Source of the DNA: Eledone cirrhosa
Lineage: Eukaryota
Assembly: GCA_964016885.1 (NCBI GenBank)
Contig: OZ024742.1
Span: 47,678,001-47,742,000, forward strand
Direction of reading: 5' to 3'
Length of the DNA stretch: 64,000 nt
In this document: piece by piece, positions 52,960 through 64,000 of the stretch
Position numbering within the stretch: the first letter of the stretch is position 1
Layout: each line of letters starts with the position of its first letter
Position numbers and translations under genes: made by a program
The notes under the pieces: model-generated
Seen by the model: only the letters and a program-made list of their open reading frames with translations
Told to the model about the DNA's origin: nothing
Databases searched by the model: none

Positions 52960-55140
52960 TGGGTGAATGCAGAAATTCATTCCTTAATAATGTAATTTGC
53001 ACTAATGTCTGTAAGGGGCAGGAAGTAGTGGAGGTTGCTAAATGCTACCGGCTAGATATAGACGGGGTTTGCTCTACAAATTTTCTTGACACTGATATTG
53101 TATATATGGATGGAGGATGGAAACACCACTATACAGGTGTGGCGCTAGAAATGACTGCACAAGCGGAAGTGGGGATAATCACAAGCCCCTGGCTGTCAGA
53201 TTGTGTGATCGACTGGATTCAATTAGAAGAGAGAATGTGTCTCTTGAAGCTTAGGCTGAAATATAGATCTCTCTGGGTGATACAAGTTTATGAATATCAT
53301 CCATTGATGAGGTCACTCCAGCGTTAGATGTAGTTAAGACTGAGTAGGAGAATGCAAAATACTTGTTAGCACTGAACCCCTGACATGAAAGACGTGATTC
53401 GAAGAAATGGCGACCCCGATATAAATAGGAATCAAGTTGCGTTATGAAACTTCTGTTCTAGAAATGGGCACTCTATAATGAATACCTTCTTGCAGTACAG
53501 ATACATCCATAAATATACATGGTGTAAGGGGAATCAGGGACAGTGATAATAATTGATTTTCGTATTGTCTCTGATCTCTTCGATTTTGTGCTGGATGTTT
53601 GCGTTAGGAGAGGGTCTGAACGGACAACTGATCACCATCTAATTATCTGCAACATGAGACTGCCTAAAGCCAAAGAAGCTCACAAAACTGGTGGGTTCAT
53701 TGTGATCTACAGGATAAAGTGCATAGCCTTGTAGGAGACAGAAGGTAGTAAAAGATATGGAGATACTGTTGCGTCCATATTCAGAGAACTGCCTGAGCAA
53801 AGTGAAGACGTTGAGAAAGAATGGGGATTATTCATCTCAACAGATTCTGTTTCAGCTGTTACATGATGTGGTCTAGCGCTGTCGGGTGGCAGGAGGCATC
53901 CTAGGTTCGATGAAGATGTTAAAGATGCCATCCTAGCAAAGAAGTATGTTAATACATCTTGGCTTGAAAATAAGACGTCCTTACACTTGCGGTACAATCA
54001 GGCATGTAGAATCAGATCAGAGAGAGTAAAGTTGTCCAAAGTTAACTTATGGGAGGACTTTGGGTTTACGCTTGAATCTGACATCAGATCAGTAAATAAA
54101 CTGTTCTGGCCAGTCATCCGTTGACTTCATAATAAGAAGTCTTCCACTACACATGCTATCAGGAACGCGTCTGTGGTACTACCCTTTCAGAGAGGAGCTG
54201 CTAAACAATGACAGTCACGATTGATAATCTGAATTTTCAAAAACCGGCTACAAGAGAGATTGTTTCCAATTACAGATGGATCTCCTCGTTAAGCCTCCTC
54301 AGTAAGGCCTATGCTAAGTGCCTGGCAAAGAAATGCAGGGATATTGTCGATTAACTGTGCGGTTTTTGCCTCGGGAGCAGCACAGTCGACTAAATATTCA
54401 CACTGCGATAAATCTTCTAGAAATCGTGGGATTGTTGTCAACAGGTATATTATTGTTTTGTAGGCATCGAAATGGTTTATGACCACGTTTATGTGGACTT
54501 GCTGTGTAAGGTTGTAAGGGACTGATGGTCATAATCTTGCTGCCCGGATGTCTCTATACGAATGCCCTAGTACGTATTTTCAGATAAAAAGTGTTAAATC
54601 GAAACCATTCAATGTGGGATTCGGACTTCATCAAGGATTTGTTGTTTTCATGAACAGGATTGACTTGCGCAGCTGGGTTTCAAGTGGTATCACGACTGGC
54701 GGGTGTGAAATCATCGGCTGGAATTTGCATACATCATTGTGTTACTTAACTCGCCAGAAGTTGAGCTCCGATTTGCACTTAATAGGTATTAGGCCAAAAT
54801 CACTATCATCAATTCGGTATTTGAGCCAACTTTGAACTATGTCATGAATCATGGATACTGTCTGAAAGAATGTGGCTCCTCTAAAGTGTTATTGGAGTAA
54901 CATTACTCAATAGAGTGCTTAGCTCGAGGATCTAAGTGTCACTCCAGTTACAAACGCTGTTTATCCGAAGTGATAGACCACATCTCCGATAAAAAGTGCA
55001 TGTGGTTAGAATGTATCCTGAAAGAATCGCTGGATATATTTCACGGGCTTCTCTCGCTTGGGGATCAGCCAGGTCAGTTGGTGAAGGTTGCTTCTGAGAG
55101 GATCCGCTGGGATGAGTGTTTGCCCCTGATAGAAACTCTT
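52960..55140 (+). pseudogene. Decayed RTE-clade LINE (APE endonuclease plus deleted RT)
   Basis: AKCYRLDIDGVCST...GWKHHYTGV...AEVGII...ERMCLLKL...VIQVY; IDF.IVS...VLDVCVRRGSE.TTDHHL; KSKPFNVGFGLHQG. Confidence 0.8.
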
Positions 55141-55197
55141 AGAAATAATTAGATGAAAAATAATAATAATGATAATAATAATAATTATTATTATTAT

Positions 55198-55290
55198 TTC
55201 TACTTTTATCACACGGCCGGCAATTATCCCAGTGCATTACGGGTACTTTATTTTATCCACCTCGTAAGGATGGAAGGCAAAGTTAACCGC
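55198..55290 (-). mobile_element. SINE fragment
   Basis: GTACTTTATTTTATC...GTAAGGATGGAAGGCAAAGTTAAC. Confidence 0.7.
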
Positions 55291-55299
55291 GAATTTTTC

Positions 55300-55337
<38 letters not shown>

Positions 55338-57316
55338 AATTGAAATGAAAGTAAGTGTCTATGAGACATATTTTAGGATCAATAACTTCTTTGCTGTCAT
55401 GGAAATTTAGTGCCACCCATCACTGTTTTTTGTATTGGAATTTGTGAGACAGATATTCTTCAAATGAACTATGACTTTTCAGAATCATTTTTCTCTTGTT
55501 GCAAAATAGAGAATTGGAAAGTTATTAATAGCATTGTCCAAATATTTATCTAACTACTACTGAATTGCAAAATGTTTAAAGCTGTTTTCTTTTTAATTAC
55601 CCGTTTCATGGTATTTTATAAAGTATTGTAAAAAAACATCAGTAAAGTAACACAAAATAAAAGTATATGAAGTCTATGAAAGAAAGATAAAATATTTAAT
55701 GATATGAAATAAAAACCAACACTTTCTATTGGAGATTTTGTATGGTATAGAAACATATTTGATGTTAAAGTAGTTTAAATAGACGCCAGGGAATATTGAA
55801 AAAATAAAATGAAGTAAGGATTGACTCTTGATAAAAATGAATCAATCGAAAAGAAATGTCTGCGAAAATAATCGATAAATAGCTGTTGAATCTTGGCAAG
55901 ATCCCCGAACAATACTATGAAATGAATGTCGAGGAAAAAAATAGCCTGTTTACTGGTCGTTAACGTAGAAATAATTCAATTGTTTTGAATTGGAGAAAAT
56001 CTGAATGTGTTCACACATGGCAAAAAGAACTTAAACATTGATTAGGTCACCTTATATACGATTAATATATATTTTATAAATACATGCATAGACATACCCA
56101 CAGACACACACACACACACAGACACACACACACACACATACACACACACACACACACATATATATTGATATGTAGAGAGGAATTAAGAAACAGAGTGAGA
56201 AAAAGGAAAATAAATATTGAATTATTGAAGGATGAAATAGAATACTTTTGTTCATCCTAAATATTTTGAAATGGGACATGGTGATGACAAAATCTTTTAA
56301 ATTAAAGCAGAGATAAATAGAGTAAGTGAAATGTAATAACATAAGCTAACCGTGTAATACGTACATACTACGATATTTTAAATACGATAGAGATTACTAA
56401 AAATATAGGAGTGTGTACGATGTGTGTCTTTGGAATAAATAGGAGACGAGTTTTGTGGCTATGGAAGGTTGATGAATGATAATATTTGAATTATTATTGA
56501 TTGTAGATATTTTACCAATATTTTATTTTCAGTTTATTGATTTCCGTGTTTTGCTTTTGTTTTCCAAAGTGTTATAAGCGAAAATGCAAGGTGATGTTTA
56601 ATATGTTAATTAATTTTATTGATTGCATTATGTGCGTTATTTAGCTCCAAAAGTCAATGAGTTGAATGAGTTTTTAATCGGCATGTTCATACATTACCGT
56701 TGGAAAGACAGGAATTCTGATTTCGGCCATTTATTAGCATAGAACTCTTCTTGTTCTGGCGGGCAGATGATTTTAATGGATCTGTAGCACGTATTTTTCA
56801 GATAGAATGCGTAGAAATGCAAGGCAAAATGTTTTAAATAAATCTAATTTAAGTTTAGAATATTTGCCCAATAACAACTTCTTATGTCTAATAATTGATT
56901 CTACGTTTGGTACAACGTCAGTAATTTCAAAAGAAAACAAATCTCGATTAAATCGACCCAGTGCGTTATACATACATTATTATATCAACATCTTAAGAAT
57001 GAAAGGCAAACTTAACCTATTTGCCACAAATCATGTTGTCCAACGCTCTTCAAATTCTGACAATCCAACCCCCTTCGTATTCTAATAATAACATTGATTA
57101 TTTACATAGGGCCAGAGCTAAGTAGTTGGGACGACGGAGCTCGTCTAAAATATGAACTCAAATAGCATTAACATCTTTAGGAAATTGTAGCAGCGCGTAA
57201 CATTGTAAATGATATATCCAGTTCTGATCATGTAGATATATGTTTAGAATGATTCTTACTTTCATCCACACGTATATTTCAAACGCAACGTTTCTATTTA
57301 TGAGTGGTTTCCCTAA

Positions 57317-57977
57317 TCTATATATATAAAGCTGTGGTTGTCTGTCTGTCTATCGATTTTTGGCACACATCTCCTCTTAGAATCTCTGACGGAATTGCAC
57401 CGAAATTGCTGTACTTGTACATTGAGCCCTAGTGAAGACATCGGAAAAACAAATATTTCAAATTGACCCACCCTATGTGACGAAATCGAATCTAATGTAT
57501 CGATTTTTGAGCGTAAGTGACGAGTTAGTTCCCTTTGTTCTGTTTACATTGAGCATCTTACGTTCTGTTTACATTTTCTGCGTGCAAAAATTAAAAAAAT
57601 CACGCTGGCTTTCTCAGCGTTTAAAATGACATTAACACAATACACGAACAGTTGTCGAGCCAGCAAAATTTTGACCTGCAAAATTCATCAGTTCGAACAC
57701 TAAGCTTCCGTGTTGCTTCATTTCCATTTAAAAGCCTTTTAAAACAATATGTTTACTTGAAAACAAGTCTATTTAAAGACTACGTAAAACAAGCAAATAT
57801 TTCGTTAAAAAAAGCAAAAATTATATAAGTTTATTTAAAATATATGTATCTGTAAATTTCGTTAGGCGTGCAGACAGACAGTCGTGCAGACAGACTTTAA
57901 GCCAAAAAAGAAACTTAACATTGTAACTTTAACACACCTACTGAGCGACCCCGAGCAACGCCGGGCTTTACTGCTAG
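57317..57977 (+). mobile_element. Non-autonomous Helitron
   Basis: A|TCTATATATATAAAG start; subterminal hairpin CCCG-AGCAACGC-CGGG (57950-57965); CTAG|T end. Confidence 0.8.
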
Positions 57978-59531
57978 TGTTCTATAGTTTTGTTCTTTTG
58001 CGCATAAGTAAAATATAATTCGTAAGTAAAATACAGTTTTCAGTTGGCTTAACAGATTTTGTAGAGACGTCGACTTTATTTAGGATATCAGTCAGCTGTG
58101 CTGTGTGGGTCATTTAACGCAGCCATTATTATCCATTAAATCTGAAACATTTTTTGTCAAATAACTCTACATCTTCAATTACTCTGTCTCGTTGAAAATA
58201 ATCTAAATTTACATTTACATGTTTTTAACTTCAAAGTATAGAATTATATACAATATGATACTTTATGGTGTAAACTGAAAGTTTATACTCTCATGAATAT
58301 ATCTTTCTAAAGGTGTATTAAAAAAATATCTTTTTGCGGGGCGGGGGTGATGTGTGGGGTTGCAAGTAATTCTTTATTATAATACAAAATTATGGTATTT
58401 CATTTCATGACAACAAAACATTCAGTTATTTTAGTGACTAATTTCAAAGAAAACACTATTGGAAACCAAATATTTATTGGAGAGAATAATATTTGCTTCG
58501 CTCATGTAAACAATAGACGAGGTTCATTTTAACAATAGTCGAATATATTTGCTATTTATTCAATGAGCGTTCTTTGTGTAGGTAGGTACACGGAAGCTAA
58601 CAGTAAATTTATGTTTACTAGCCTCAGCCGATATGAAGTACGTTTCTTTTATTCTTGTCGGAGAAATGTTACATATACGGAATAAAATTTGGCTGACATA
58701 AGTATTTTTTATACAGGGTGTCCCAAAAATGTACACACTTTGATTACCTATACAGACAATATTTATTAGAATGCATTTTGGGGTCAGCCTGCATAAATTT
58801 AAATATAGTATGTAATGAAAACACGAATAATTTTCAGTTTCAAGATTAATATGGCAAAATACAGGCAATGTGAGAGCTGAAGTTAGTGTAGGTGGGATTT
58901 GAAAGAAACGCTTATTGTAGATTCATGTGAGGGGAGACAAAAAATGGTTTACATTATCTTCTTGTAAACTTTAAAAAAGATAATGCGTGATGATTTGAAT
59001 GAAGTAACAATTTTGTAAAGCAATTTTCTTTTTTTATACAATCTTTTTATTTTAAGCGAGCAACCTTTCTAGATGCCTAGTTGAATTACTCTGCGTGTCT
59101 TAGATTCGATTTCTGCAGCACCAAGTCATGTTCACAATCTTCAAATATTGGCAAGGCTGGAGAAGAAGAAATATTATATTCAGGATTTTTTTACGTCCCT
59201 CTAATTTCCGAATTCAAATCCCACCATAGCCAACACGCATTTCAGGTTTGGATATCGATAAAAAAAAACAATCAAAGACTGGGGTATGTTTAAAACGACT
59301 TTCCCATCTAACCAAAGTACTCGCCTCCTGATAAAATTAGAAACCATGCTGAGGTGAACTTAGCCGTAATTGAGTTATATATATGATCTATTAATTGATG
59401 TTATGACAAAACATGGTGTTTCTCGCAAATAAAATGACATTTATTTTCCAACCCGTATATAGCCTTTGAACATCTGATCAAGCGATACATCTGATATCTA
59501 TTGAATGAAACCCAGAAACAATATACAGATA

Positions 59532-59729
59532 CGAGGTCAATTCACACTTTTATTTTTCATAAATGTTCTCACTCGGAGATGGTTTAAATGCTCTAAATTA
59601 GAGGCTAAAATATTGACACTCGGTCTGGATACTGCAAACGTGAAAACGCCTCATTAAGTCGACACAGATCTCGCAATATCAAGATTAGAGCTCCATTTAA
59701 GGATGCTCAATTCATATTCATTTACCTCG
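59532..59729. mobile_element. Small mariner-type MITE with TA target duplication
   Basis: TA-CGAGGTCAAT ... ATTTACCTCG-TA; short terminal inverted repeats only. Confidence 0.45.
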
Positions 59730-60339
59730 TATCAACCCGCTGGACCATAACAACTGAACGTAAATTTGGCGTGAAAAATGAGTCCCTCGTCCTTAAAGGA
59801 AAATATTATGGATGCAACATTTTTGAATACTTTGCAAATAAATAACACACACACACACTCAGGCACACGCAAACACACGCACTCAGACACACACATGCAG
59901 ACACACGTAGACACCCACACGCACAGATACATACACACGCACACTTATATATATATATATAAACATCTAATATGTTTACATATGTTTTCATATACACCGC
60001 TATGGTGCTTAGACGCTGTCTTACTGCATTTGCTGATTAATTATAATCAGGTTCATACTGTGCAAATGATCATTTCTAGACAATTTCATCACGCTAAAAC
60101 TCTAAGTAGACTCTAGTAAATTTTCTTTCATTATAATAGTGTGTGTGTGTATCTGTGCGTGTGGGTGTCTACGTGTGTCTGCATGTGTGTGTCTGCGTGC
60201 GTGTGATGAAAGATTAACAAATGTTGAAATAGTGCTGACTGATTAACACACCGATATATTCACAGAGAAAAATAAAGAAACATGAATTTTCGTTACGAAA
60301 AAAAAAAATCTTTGATAGCGATTCCTCACATATTGTATA

Positions 60340-60893
60340 CTAGCAGAATGGCCTGGCGTTGCTCGGGCTTCTATAAATAGATTGGCATGTTTAACCCTCA
60401 TTTCTCAAACATTACAGAGAAGTACGGAATACCTGGGCCTGAGCATGGTGTCTACATTTTGTGCTTATAAATTAAATTCGTCGTAGATTACCAGGGGTTT
60501 TAATTAATTGGGTGCCTAAGAGTAAAATATTCAGCCCACGAAAGCCAAGACTTTCGAAAAACCGAACATATATTTTCTGTGCTATGGTACAATGAAAGCA
60601 ATAGTTACAGAGCAGTAAGCATGTGGGACTGAAGGAATTTAGTTGGATACTTTTAAGGTTACAAAAATCTACCTAATCTGATATAGACCGAACTGTTATA
60701 TCGGATGCCGAACGCCTCTGAGTTACTATTGGGGTCACGATCAACAATTTAAAGAGAGGTAACACTTTCAATATACTAAAGTGTTGTCTCTCCTGAACGT
60801 TGTAGACAAAATTGCCGAACTATCTGACAAAAAGGGCTTAAAGTTTTAACAACAGAAAATTGAAAAATAAAAGCTGCACGTAATATCTTTAGA
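60340..60893 (-). mobile_element. Non-autonomous Helitron (second family, similar 3' end)
   Basis: Minus 3' end CCCGAGCAACGCCAGG-CCATTCTG-CTAG|T; putative 5' A|TC at 60893 is less certain. Confidence 0.65.
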
Positions 60894-61017
60894 TAGCAAG
60901 GAATATATACTTATGTTTATATATGTTTTTCATATACAAGTTTATTATATTTAGACACTGTATATATATATATTTGTGTGCGTGTGCATGTATGTATGCA
61001 TTTACACACACACACAT

Positions 61018-61050
<33 letters not shown>

Positions 61051-62422
61051 AATGCATACATTCACACACAGAGACAAAGACACACACACACGCAATATAT
61101 ATATATATATATATATGTTAGCTTATGATTGATGCATCACTATGATGCCAAACGTTAACAGATTGGTAATCGTTAGTGATGTTTCGAATGGAAGATATAG
61201 TGGAATATTCCACCCCATCAGACTGATTTGGTCTTCTTTCACTCTATCTGCTACGTCTCCTTCTGCAATACATTTTAATGCAATATTTCATTGTCTACAA
61301 TGTGCGGTTACTGCGTGCTTTAGATGGTATATCAAAGCTTTACTCATACTCGATTCTGTCAGTCAGAATTTTATATTTATATTCTGGAGAAATAGAGAAT
61401 TTCATCGTCAATCTCCGATTAAAATATGTTCCATATAACTTGGTAGTAACACATTACAAGAAATAGATTGGGACATAATTGCAAAAGGGAAACTAGAAAC
61501 AATGTAAAAACCAATTTATAAATGAACGAAAACTTGCCAACCATCAGTTTTTCATGTACTGATCCGATTACAGAAAAGGAAAAAAATATCTTGATATATA
61601 TAAACAAACAAGAGTTTTCACAATCAATCAATCACTGAACGATAATAATTGTGTGAGTAATTACAAAAGTAAGTTTTTAGGTCTTATGGACATTTTACTA
61701 AGAATCAAATACCATGTGATTTTGATATTTATTCTGATTTCATTTCATTTTTTGTCTTTCGTTTAGTTTTTTATCTTTTTATTCTAGCACAATGAAGGAT
61801 ATCTATGATTTAATGTCTGTTGACTAAAAGCTTTCAGAAAATTTAAGAAGAGAAGATAAGGAGAGAATGGGAGAAACAATGAAAACGAAATGAAAATCTC
61901 ATAATACATTGTAGACGAGGTTGGGTAGGACGGGAAGCTAAGCAGACAATTTTAATTGGTTAATTAAAGAGCTGCTTTGAAAAGAATGAATCGAAAAGCC
62001 ATCAACGTAATTAGATTACGCGCAACCTAATTTTAGGTTTTATGTGTTTAGCGCAAAGTAGAAAGAAATATAAAAAAGAAACGAATGCATTTGATGTATA
62101 TAGGTGTACATGTGTATATATACATATATACACATATACAACACTGTATACGAATGTATAGGAATGTATTAAACGTACATGCAGCAATGCAAAATCAGAA
62201 ACATGCAACCACAAACACACACAAACATAATTATACACACATATTCTCACACTTTCTCTTTCACTCTACTTTCGTTTCATCATCACTCATTCTTATATTT
62301 TTTTCACAGCTCGCATTCATTAGATTATTAGAGTCTGATATTGAGCAATCAATCTTCACTTTTTCAATGAACAGATGCATTCCTTTGAAGTATGTATGTA
62401 TGCATGCATAAACACTCCAACG

Positions 62423-62455
<33 letters not shown>

Positions 62456-62456
<1 letters not shown>

Positions 62457-62554
62457 ACGAAGGAAATGTCGTAAGTAACCAGGTGGACCATAACGCACCA
62501 AAGTACTCAATACTTAGGGTAGTAGAGTAGGTAATAGGAAGTCGGAAAGTGCTT

Positions 62555-62558
<4 letters not shown>
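62456..62558 (-). mobile_element. Family A truncated copy with a mini fold-back
   Basis: Same terminus AACGAAGGAAATGT as 5538; ends ATAGGAAG-TCGGAAAGTG-CTTCCTAT. Confidence 0.8.
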
Positions 62559-62649
<91 letters not shown>

Positions 62650-62653
62650 ATAT

Positions 62654-62761
<108 letters not shown>

Positions 62762-62777
62762 ATATTTATATATATAT

Positions 62778-62942
<165 letters not shown>

Positions 62943-63431
62943 CTTGTAAAATGTAAACAGAGATTCAAGAAATATATTAATACATTAGTTTAGCGCTTTA
63001 AATAACAGGGAAGGGTCTTAACATTTCAGACACTACCCCTCGATCAGGAAATAGAATTAGAAATGAACGATTAAATAGAAAATTAGAGAGGGGAAGGAAG
63101 GGAAAGAATGAAAAAAAAACACACCTGCCTATTCAGTCAGCCATTTTGGGGATTTTTCTGGTCAAGGATTATCTTACGTGTAAGAGAGGATTATAAAAGA
63201 GGTAATTCTGTTATGTGATGTGGACATGAGTATATTCGTGCGTGCGTGTGTGTAAATGGGTATGCGCGGGTGTCTGTGTGCATCTAGTTGTGTTTGTATG
63301 TTTAAAGGATAGGCGTTTGTCCATGAGAGTTTGGCTTTTGTGTGCGTGTGAATATGTGAGTGAGTGTGCACGCATGAAATGACCAGCGTAAGTCAGTGTA
63401 TAGGAAAGTATATCAATTTCTACATACACAC

Positions 63432-63531
<100 letters not shown>

Positions 63532-64000
63532 CCCACATACACACATACACACACACATACACAAAAACACACATTGTAGAGTTGAGGAGGGCTGTGTAAT
63601 CAAAGGCGGTTGTAGCGAATATGACAGTTGTCTTTATATTTCATTTCGTGGTAAGATCATAAACGAAGCTGCTTAGCTTCGGGTAAACAGTATGGTGATA
63701 CAACCTCAAACAGTTAAGCTACAAGGTATGAAATCACTACCTGCGTGGTAGTGGATAGAACCGGGGAGTGATGGAATTGGAGTAAATGTTAGGAAACATT
63801 CAACACCGATGGTGCCACACACCGAGCACCACGCGAACAAAGAAGCTCGCGCAAAAGATACAGGCACACATGCATCTTCAAGCGTGAGCCCTTGAATGTG
63901 AGTCGGTGATGTGTACAGACATATGTACATCCGCGTGCATGCATCATAAAGTGTAGCATTTGAGGGTTAGTTGTGTGCAGGGGTAAACGTGAGTTGGATG

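Noticed and set aside
58714-58740. TA-CAGGGTGTCCCAAAA Tc1-like terminal repeat
   Set aside because: No partner inverted repeat found, so no element boundary can be given.

Overview
Very AT-rich, microsatellite-saturated non-genic animal DNA. The dominant SINE and repeat style suggest an octopod cephalopod (inference only). No host protein-coding exon could be supported, and nearly all ORF-track entries are translations of (TA)n/(CA)n/(GA)n. The window is dominated by Penelope-like retroelements (PLEs) and their relatives sitting in (TA)n tracts. There is one near-intact RT+GIY-YIG element (39927-43812, one 1-nt frameshift, hammerhead ribozyme in the 3' pseudo-LTR), three decayed PLE copies and small PLE fragments. 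There are also about eight families of short non-coding (TA)n-embedded elements, most carrying minimal type-I hammerhead ribozymes (HHRs) or HHR halves, about 18 complete or near-complete motifs read by eye. Patterns worth follow-up: (1) fold-back inversions whose breakpoints repeatedly fall in HHR stem II; (2) a U3-A8 core variant (UUGANAA) in several families; (3) tandem HHR units of 557 nt and about 427 nt that look like retrozymes; (4) a U_UUU_UUA -1 frameshift signal linking an N/H/Y-rich repeat ORF to the RT frame of a PLE, with the same heptamer in a second family. The rest is tRNA-derived SINEs, RTE/CR1-type LINE remnants, two non-autonomous Helitrons, a Tc1/mariner remnant and a MITE. 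All calls are from manual reading; no searches or folding programs were run, and family names A-H are my own labels.
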